Below, piece by piece: positions 55,501-64,000 of a stretch of DNA of 64,000 bases. The DNA is taken from positions 1,802,199 through 1,866,198 of the forward strand of contig NW_002060945.1 in assembly GCF_000150275.1 (NCBI RefSeq), given 5' to 3'. Origin of the DNA: Trichoplax adhaerens (lineage: Eukaryota > Animalia > Placozoa). Under the pieces are notes generated by a model, which was not told where the DNA came from, made no database searches, and saw nothing but the letters and a program-made list of their open reading frames with translations. Made by a program: the position numbers and the translations under genes. Every line of letters starts with the position of its first letter. Position 1 is the first letter of the stretch.

Positions 55501-56620
55501 GTCAATAAAGTTCAATAACATACTAATCTGACACCATTAATTTGAAGAATAAAATCGAAGAAAGGTTCTAGTCCCGCTTTTTGGCCTGGAGAGCCTTCTT
55601 GTACCTATCCAATATTCAATATAGATGGTGTTAGTTATGGCTAGGCTGTAGTGTCATGTACTTATACCATAAAATAGAAAATCAATTGATATAACAGTAG
55701 AGCATGTGAATAGCACAATTATCTACTAAGCAACGATAATAAATACGCATATTGCGCGGTTATAAATTAGATTATTTATGTAATTCGACAATCCTACTAA
55801 CTCCACAGTTATGCTATACATAAATGAATGTGCAGATAGTTAATATCGAGCATCCATGGCATAATCGAGTAGCCTAAGACAATAAATAGCGCAGACGATC
55901 AACAAGGTAGAGTATTGAACATTGACTAAGTCCAGTATGGTAGCGATTAATTATAGTGGCTACTGTACGTAGCGCATTGTACATTTACTACCAACATTAT
56001 TCGGTGGCTCAAGTTTCTAAGCTAATATAGTCAAGCTCTATAGGAAGAAAGCAAGGAATCCTTTTAGAGCCAGACTGTCAAATTATTACGGCTCATGGTG
56101 GGTAATCGTCATTGTGATTTCTTATTCATTTCTAGTAATACTCTTCACTAGTACACAAAGCTTTTAAGTAATACTGTACTATAAAGGTGTAACGAAATGA
56201 TCGGTCCTTCACGACTACTGTATATAGTACTATGAACGTCGACACTATCCAAGCAGAAACGGATTATATTGATTATCGTCCATCTCCAATTTGCAGTTTT
56301 TTTCCCCATGTATTAGTCTACACGTTTCTACATCGTATACGAGTATGGATTGAAAACTGTGTCTAAACTAATATACAAGTAGATTAATTGCAGTACAAGT
56401 TTCAAGTGGATATTCATTGAATTTCCATTGCTGGTGATCTACAGTACTGTAAGAGTGTATGAAAAGGAAGAGGACTGGTAAAAATAGTTCACTGGATTTT
56501 GTCTATTGCACTGAGTAACTCTACGCTAGTATTCTTGATCAAAGTATACTTAACAACCTTGAGGACATGATACCCTTCAGTTCCACCGTCTGATACCTCT
56601 ACGGATTGCGATCCACCCAT
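52571..56620 (-). CDS. GORASP2: Golgi reassembly stacking protein GRASP55/65 (two PDZ-like domains plus Q/S/P-rich tail)
   Basis: [40 protein letters not shown] with Gly2 (myristoylation site in GRASPs), [40 protein letters not shown] and [16 protein letters not shown] motifs. The long last exon is ORF 52571-53335. Probably a pro-orthologue of GORASP1/2. Confidence 0.95.
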
Positions 56621-56806
56621 TGCTGCCGATTTTGCTACACAAATTGCTCTGGATTAGGAGTACATCCGCAGCAATCGTCTTCGTTTCACTGGCAGTGAAA
56701 CAAGTAGCACAAGTTGTTCCCACTGGGGTGCTAGTGTGCTGCGCACCGGCAACCTCTTCTGTCTACAGTACAGTAATATTCTGCTGTACAGTACCATGGT
56801 AGTGCA

Positions 56807-57350
56807 GTACTGTAATACTACAGTACATATACTGTAGCACTGGATCCTGAACTGTCTTCAATCCTTTTGATTCTGCGCAGTGTGCAGTGTATTGCACACT
56901 TGCCCACGTTGGATAGAGCGTCTGTACAGTGTACGTCTGTATTACTCAATCACTGGTGACTTATTACAATACAGTACTATGGAGAAAGGAGTGAGTGAAA
57001 AGTACTGTACGGTAAACTACAGTACTGTACAGTATAGTGCGGTAGAAGAAGCTTGCACAGTAGAATTGTACTGTACTGTACTGTACGAGTGTACGTGGCT
57101 GGTTTGAAGTCGTTACATTACGACAAGACAGAGTACCCATACCAAAAAGTTGAGTATTACACTGTACTGTAGTGCTACAGTACATATACTGTAGGACTGG
57201 ATCTGCAATTGTCTTCAATCCATTTGATTCTGCGCAGTGTACAGTACATAATAGTGCTGTAGAGGAAGCTTGTACAGTACAGTACGTGGCTGGTTTGAAG
57301 TTATTACATTACGACAAGACAGAGGACCAATACCAAAAAGTTGAGTATTA
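56807..57350. repeat. Tandem duplication (about 350 bp plus an internally deleted copy of about 190 bp) in a TACAG/CTGTA-rich block
   Basis: ctacagtacatatactgtag...gtcttcaatcc..ttgattctgcgcagtgt at 56818 and 57175. gaagcttg...gtacgtggctggtttgaagt..ttacattacgacaagacagag...ataccaaaaagttgagtatta ends at 57158 and 57350. Confidence 0.85.
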
Positions 57351-58183
57351 GTACAGTAGGACTCGCTACGAGTGATCGAGTGACGATCATGCAGTATTGT
57401 TACGGTTCAAGAACTGAAGAACTGGAACTGTACACGTCATCTCTTCGCTTCAATCGCCAGCAGGCGAGGCATAAAGTAAGTGGACACCAGGACAGTACAG
57501 TACAGTACTGTACAGTACTATACTTACAGTATGTACTGTATTTACTGTAGGGCTGGAGTACTAGGTACTGTATTCTATAGTAGTACTCCATCAATAAAAG
57601 CCACAACGCTGCCGCGTCAATCAACAGCATCGACAGATACCAAATTTGTTCGAATTCGGTCTTCAAATTGTGTTTTCATATAATTTCAATGATGAGCTAC
57701 CCTGTACTGTACAACTTGCTAGTAGGGTAATCATCCATGATCGCTATTAACAGATACTGTACATCGACTTACTGAAGGCACAATATTGCATAGTTTACCG
57801 TGCGATTTACTATTCAGAATCGAAATTAATTTTGTACATGTTATGTATAAAAATGGAACGATAACGGGTAAAAGTAGGCCTTCAAGCGTTCCTGCGTTTG
57901 GAATAGCCTAAAATATTGGATAAATATCCGTATACAGTACTTTACGTACAGGATGCACTAGTAGATGAAATGCATCGTAGTTGACCAGTTTTATCCACTA
58001 GTGGAATAATCTACGATACAACAGCTGTTATGGGTAGAACTTTCAGTAAAATTAAGCCTTTTCTCCTAGCCTTTTTTGGGGGATGGATGGCCGGCCCATT
58101 ACAGACAGACATTCTTCGTGACATTAAAGCGACTTTCATAGAATCAGAGAAGTTCAAAGTGAATGGCATCACGTGCGGCGTGT

Positions 58184-58196
58184 GTTGCTAAGATAC
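58184..58196 (+). promoter_or_regulatory. X-box-like element upstream of the C7orf57-like gene
   Basis: GTTGCTAAGATAC (reverse strand GTATCTTAGCAAC) lies about 330 bp upstream of the ATG. An E-box CACGTG is at 58170-58175. Confidence 0.6.
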
Positions 58197-58523
58197 CTAC
58201 GTACACAAGCTAATAAGGAAGATTACATGACTATGTTATTTATAGGAGTACAAGAGTAATCGCAGGTTGTTAATAGTATTTACAATATCCTTGTTGAGCA
58301 TTACTTTATATAGCTTTTACTGCGATTTGTGTTAACTCAATTGCAATAGTCACCGAAATCTTGGTGTTTCCGTAATCGTTCCAACGATCGACTTGCAATC
58401 TAGCAAAAGGCGATCGATAGCCATATCAAATTCTATTTAAACGAGTTGTACATGCTCTACATTAGATAGCATAAGCCGAATTTGCTAAAATATTATCAGC
58501 AATATACCTTCTTCACTCAAGTA

Positions 58524-60989
58524 ATGCCTTCCTTCTTTAAAGATTTCCAAGGACAAGGTAAGTTGTAATACAATCGAACATACCCAATCTGGCATTTTAC
58601 CTTAACTACCAAATTGTATTTTATCGCATGATCAATCTATCCTCTAGCACCTTAACTTTACATCTATTCTCATGGATATACGAATTTTTGATTGCTTTCT
58701 GTGTCTACATTGTCGCTAGACTTACTTTTAGTGATATTACAACGCGCTGTTAGCTCCTTAATTAAAGGTTTACCTGGCACATTTACTGCGATATTCACCA
58801 AAAAAATTAAAAACTGAAAGTTACCGACGATGTCGATTTCACCGTAACTGTATATCTGTAGTCTATACATAGTTAAAGAAAATTTTGGGTCGTTGTTGTT
58901 AAGTGAATAAATCTCATTTTATAGAACGCATCGAGTTAGCTAATACGATTCCATTTCTGTGATATCTTTTATAGTATAACTTACTCTACGCTGATACCGT
59001 CCATTTGCCTAACTCGCTGCATGAATACTGTGCATATTCTAGTAAAATAGCATAATCAAGTAAATTTTATAGTATTCTGTAATAAGGCATAGAAAATTAA
59101 AAAACTGATTATTAATAATTTTAAATAATGGAAAGAACTATACTTTCTTGGCAATAATACGTCTTCCTAAAGAGAACACTCAATTGTTTCAATACTGCAG
59201 TAATATCAACAATAAGCAAGTAATAGTAAGGCTTACAATAGATCGAAACAAGTATTAACACGGTCTTAAACACTTAGATACCAGACGATACTTAAGAATT
59301 GACTAATAAATCGGAACAGCATGAGTTCTACTCAGTTCTTGGCTATTTTCCCCAAATTTTGCTATTAGCAATATACATAGCTTATAAGATAAAACAGGAA
59401 ATTAGAATTAGATAGTTAAAAGCGTCATTATCTTTATTAGATAATTAACAAATTAACTGCTTATCACTTTACTAGATTGGTTCTATCATGCTCCAAATAA
59501 AAAATTAGATTCTGAAGAGAAAAATGCTCAAATGCCAGTTCTTTCTCAAGTGCCGGGACTAAGTGACGTCGCTGGCGAAGATAGCGATCCATTCGCAAAA
59601 TCTAAAAAAGGATGGATCAGGGACACTGATTCTCGTTATATTCAAATGGCAAAGCAAGGGGGTCGCAAAGATTTACTGATGTTCAATGTTCCTCATACTA
59701 TTTCGAAAGATCCCATAGCATATCCCAGAGTTGATTGGTTTGATCATCAACAACCCGATATTGAAATAAGACAACCGTTAGTAAAATAATAAATTTTACC
59801 CGTACAATAAAATAAGCAATGCATGCTGCAAGTATATGCAATAGTTTAAAATGAGGTGCCTTATTAAATGAAGAAATTTTATTCTCTTGGCAGGAGACGC
59901 CATGAACCAGATCGAGATATTTATGGGGAGTATCTTACATTAAATAAAAAAACAGCACCAGCAGGTGTTATAACAAATCAAGGATCCAAAGGCAAGGACT
60001 TATTTGATAAACCTCCTCCATTTTCTTTAGACGATGATTTATCATATTGGCAAAGGTAATTCTTCTTACTCCTTTAAATTATGTATTAACTACAAGGGAT
60101 AATGGGCTAATTTAGCTCAATTTATCCTAGAATTAGATCGTGTTATATATTATGTGATAATGAAATAATTAAGATAACATCAGAAAATGCGATACGATAT
60201 GTAGGAAAAAAACAGAGAAATCAGAAAAGCAAGAAAAACCAAAACAGATTGACAGATTTAAATTACCTCCGTTAAAATCCAACAAGGAATCACTCGTTAA
60301 TGGAGATGCTGCCAACAACGTCCAAAAAACAAAAGGGTAAGCCAGCAGCTTACATGGTGTAGTTTCACATACCTTTTTATGCTACATTAGTTAACGATAA
60401 ATATACTTTAAAGTTGTTAAAGTGCATATTTATTTATCTATGCGTTACCTAAAAGTGTATTACTTCTATTCAAGGAAAAAGAATGGCGAAAACGTAAATT
60501 TTAATTATTTAATGTCAATGGGATATCAAAAGGATTGGTTTGATGAAAAAGAGCGAAAAGATAAAGAGGATGATGATAAAAAAGTGAGAAAGCGATTGAA
60601 ATGATGTTAATAATTCTTCTAAAGTCAATACCGTAGTTTCCAACGTATTTAGTATCGTATGAGGCTAGCATAAATTACTTAGTTCAACTATTTTTTATTC
60701 GAACCGTAGAGAAAGCAGCAGACACTATTAAAGGAAAAAGTGAGGCAAGGCATGAAACCAAGGTGGGTAATTATTGGCATCAAGTGGATGTCGTCTTTAC
60801 TTCATAATTGATACAATACTCCTAGATATCTTACATAATATGTCTAAAATAAGCTATAATTTATCATATACTATCTGCAGAAATCCTCAAACGTATACCG
60901 ATAAGGTAGAAAATAAAGACCAATTTAAATTAAGTAAGTTTAAAAATGTAAACTCTAAGATTAACACACGCTGGTCGGAAAGGCAATAA
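58524..60989 (+). CDS. C7orf57: Uncharacterised C7orf57-like protein, multi-exon
   Basis: MPSFFKDFQGQ|DWFYHAP...SQVPGLSD...KGWIRDTDSRYIQMAKQGGRKDLL matches recalled human C7orf57 motifs ([36 protein letters not shown]). Later exons give VNFNYLMSMGYQKDW and FKLSKFKNVNSKINT. Stop at 60989. Confidence 0.85.
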
Positions 60990-62856
60990 GAAGAATTCGA
61001 TTTATTTCCATAAATAAATGACTGTAAATTAAATAAATTACGTTTTTGCTTTTCGTATTGAATACTTTGATTATCGCCTCAATGTATTATATTGAAATAT
61101 TAAGTAATAAATTTGTAATTTTACCTTTTAATAAATATTACTTTAGCATATATATCGATATTGATGTATCTGATCGCCGTAATGAAAGTAGAATGTGAAA
61201 TTTAATGTAGAATTTCTTTGTTTTATTGCTCCTTAAATTTTTGTACTAACAATTAACTAGAAAATTGTTCCATCACTAAATATATCATAATAATAAGAAA
61301 CAAATCGTCATTACTGTCAAGGCGCTACACATTTAATGCTGACCTCATAATTAGTAATCATATTCATAAACTCTGTCAAAGCTTTATTCTGTCCTTACGA
61401 TATATTAAGAATTTGTACAGTTTCAATTAAATTAGCTCCAAACCTATTATATACAATATTCCTTGTATTAGAATGATATCATCTTTTCTTCTTCGAATCA
61501 TACTAAGCAATCTACAATCTTATTAAAATCGATCGTTTTGATCGTTCTATTGGAATCGCTTTACGCGTGTTATTGTAATTTGATTAATATTTTCAGCTAG
61601 AATATTGTGTAATAAAGCGAATATCGACGAATAAATTCCCGAATTTATAATTATAAATGATCTTCATTAACTGCTAACGCTCAAATTAAATTAATTTTTA
61701 CAATAATATATGGCAATCAGATTTAGTTCAGATAACGGCGCAATCAGGGATAGCCAACTCTTAACTATATATACTATAGTACCAGTAAACAGAATAGTAA
61801 CTACGTATTGTGCTGAAGCTAGCAGGATGAAGAACTGATTTGTATCATGTAAATTATTGACTACTTTGATGAATACTGATACAGTTTTAGATTTTGAGAT
61901 TTAAACAATACTAGTAGTTTATAAAATAATGTATTTAATTACCACTTGAAATCGTGGCTAATCACTTCCAGACTTAATCATAAATCATATTAATGTGAAT
62001 GAGTCCATTTTGGATTGGTGCAATCACGTAATTATAATTGTAATCAACTAATACACTGCAAAGTATTATGAGCTTATTCCAGCTTTCATACAATTACTAT
62101 CATCAATTAACTTCAGCTAGCGTAATTATTAAAGTAAGGGGTAGTAAATTCTAACATGACATAGAAGTAAGTAGTAATCTACTGACGATTCTTATATACT
62201 CTGTTGGTTTAAGGTTAAAGTTATAGAGCAATAACCAAAAAATTATGTTCCATGCTACATGGTAGCCACTTTGCTACTCTCCATGTTAAGTTATTAGAAA
62301 GATCTTTGTTAGCCGAGTTCGAGATATTTAGGCGAAATAATCCAACTCTTCATAAAGAAATAAATCTACAATACTACTACTATAACCATTTAAATTATAT
62401 GATAATCATAATTGTTACCCTGTAAGCTATGTCTCTAAAAATAGAGTTCAGAACTATTTATAAATGTTAAACCATATCTTTAGTTTCTGGAAATGATGCT
62501 ATAAATGTTTGAACATATAGATTAACTTTGTATTATTGCAGCCGCCAGTGACGACTACTTCTTAGTCTACTAATTTGAAATCCTATTACAGCAAATGTCA
62601 TACGGATATACAATATAAATTGTATATTTTATTCATTACGATAACTCCTGCGGTGTGCTGCTAAATCGTGTTCAAGTATAACTACGCGTATAAGCAATCG
62701 TATAGAACTGATTACTTTCTTATTGTGAGATCATACGATTTAATACCTAGACTAATGCTACGCATGCAGGTACTACGATCGTATAGAAAGTATTAAGATT
62801 AATGTCTAGAGATGGAATGTTTTGAAATTCAAATATATGTAAGGGTTCATACGTGC

Positions 62857-62870
62857 GTCACTATGGGAAC
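62857..62870 (+). promoter_or_regulatory. RFX X-box upstream of BBS9
   Basis: GTCACTATGGGAAC fits the 14-bp consensus GTHNYY-AT-RRNAAC and ends 137 bp before the ATG. Confidence 0.75.
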
Positions 62871-63006
62871 GGAACGGCTTAACAAAGCTGGCGGTAGGAC
62901 TTCAAATCGTAATACTGTTTCTCGCCACTAGAACTTACTTGCTATAAGATCATTAACTGTAGAAAGGAAAACCATCTTACTTTACGTTCTTACCGTAGAA
63001 TACAAC

Positions 63007-63118
63007 ATGTCTCTTTTCAAGGCGCGAGATTGGTGGTCGACGACCGCTGGTGATAACGAAGAATATGATACCGGTTGCCTATGCGTTGCCAATATTGATA
63101 ATAGTCCCGATAATGTCG
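63007..63118 (+). CDS. BBS9: BBSome subunit BBS9/PTHB1, first coding exon (gene continues beyond the window)
   Basis: MSLFKARDWWSTTAGDNEEYDTGCLCVANIDN is the diagnostic PTHB1 N-terminus, followed by a GTAAG donor at 63119. Confidence 0.93.
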
Positions 63119-64000
63119 GTAAGAACTTTGATGGATATTCTTTCTATTTTAAACACAGAATTATTCCTATAAAAGTGACATCAAACGTTCAATTGTAACA
63201 CGCGTATAATTCAGTCACTCACAGAGTAAACTTATAGACTTGTAGTAATTATACTACTATACAGTTTATCAAATTGATTACGCCTTGATGGATAAAGCAT
63301 AATTTACTAGCTAAAATAACAACAACTATCCATGATAACACCATTTGTAATTTATTTTATGCAATGTTAAAGAGACTTTTCTTTACTGATAGTACGATCT
63401 ATTTCTGACAGTTAGTGAATTTTGTTCATTGCCCCATTAGATATGGTATAACGTAATGTATACTTTACTATGCAGTGTAATTTATCATACAAAATACATA
63501 CCAATTTGTAAATTTTAATTGATGAGCTATAAGGACGTCAGAGGCAAATCAACGATAAAATCGACACATTAATAGATATTAATTAAGGATAAGCTTTAGC
63601 GAAGACAAGTTTCATCCTTTGACATTGCTTTTACTCGATAAAAACATACCGTACACGATAAAATAGGTATGTCGCGATATAAATAAGAAACTTTTGCAGT
63701 CTAAATACGTTCAGAGAAAGATACCTTCTATGATATCTAGTAAAAATTTAGCATGAAGATGAATTTAATTCTGTAGTAAGACGAAAGCCATTAAAATCGG
63801 ACAAGTAAATGACGCTAGCGATCAAATAAATCTCATGGAGAATTTATAAAATATAAGAAAGAAAATTGAAAGTATTTCCAAAACGGGTCGGAGTTGGGTC
63901 TCGCAATTCTACGTACTGTTGTTATGAATTAGCCACCATCATATCTTGAAATATGTTACTAGTTATACACAATACCATAGAATGCCTATAGTATCATATA

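Noticed and set aside
56620-57683. Multiple short ORFs rich in TVQY/YCTV
   Set aside because: They are translations of the TACAG/CTGTA repeat block in the GRASP upstream region.
58285-58661. ATATCCTT plus downstream CCTTAAC resembling a U12 AT-AC intron
   Set aside because: It would remove the plausible first coding exon of the C7orf57-like gene, and the branch-to-AC distance is too short.

Overview
AT-rich, intron-dense early-branching animal DNA. Short GT-AG introns and the gene content suggest a placozoan such as Trichoplax, but that is inference. Manual exon splicing gives eight protein-coding genes: ARMC4/ODAD2 (+), CEP83/CCDC41 (-), TRAK/Milton (+), inversin INVS/NPHP2 (-), CWC25 (+), GRASP55/65 (-), a C7orf57-like gene (+) and the first exon of BBS9/PTHB1 (+, runs off the window). 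The main observation is that four of the eight genes are established ciliary genes (ARMC4, CEP83, INVS, BBS9). These four and the uncharacterised C7orf57-like gene each have an RFX X-box-like element upstream, the CEP83 one being the weakest. This points to a locally clustered RFX ciliary regulon. The CEP83-TRAK divergent region and the long TRAK introns carry several degenerate tandem-repeat families. One repeat unit is interrupted by a 271-bp TGT...ACA inverted-repeat element with a TTAA target-site duplication. No tRNA, rRNA or CRISPR features were seen. Gene calls rest on recalled similarity to human orthologues; no database searches were run.
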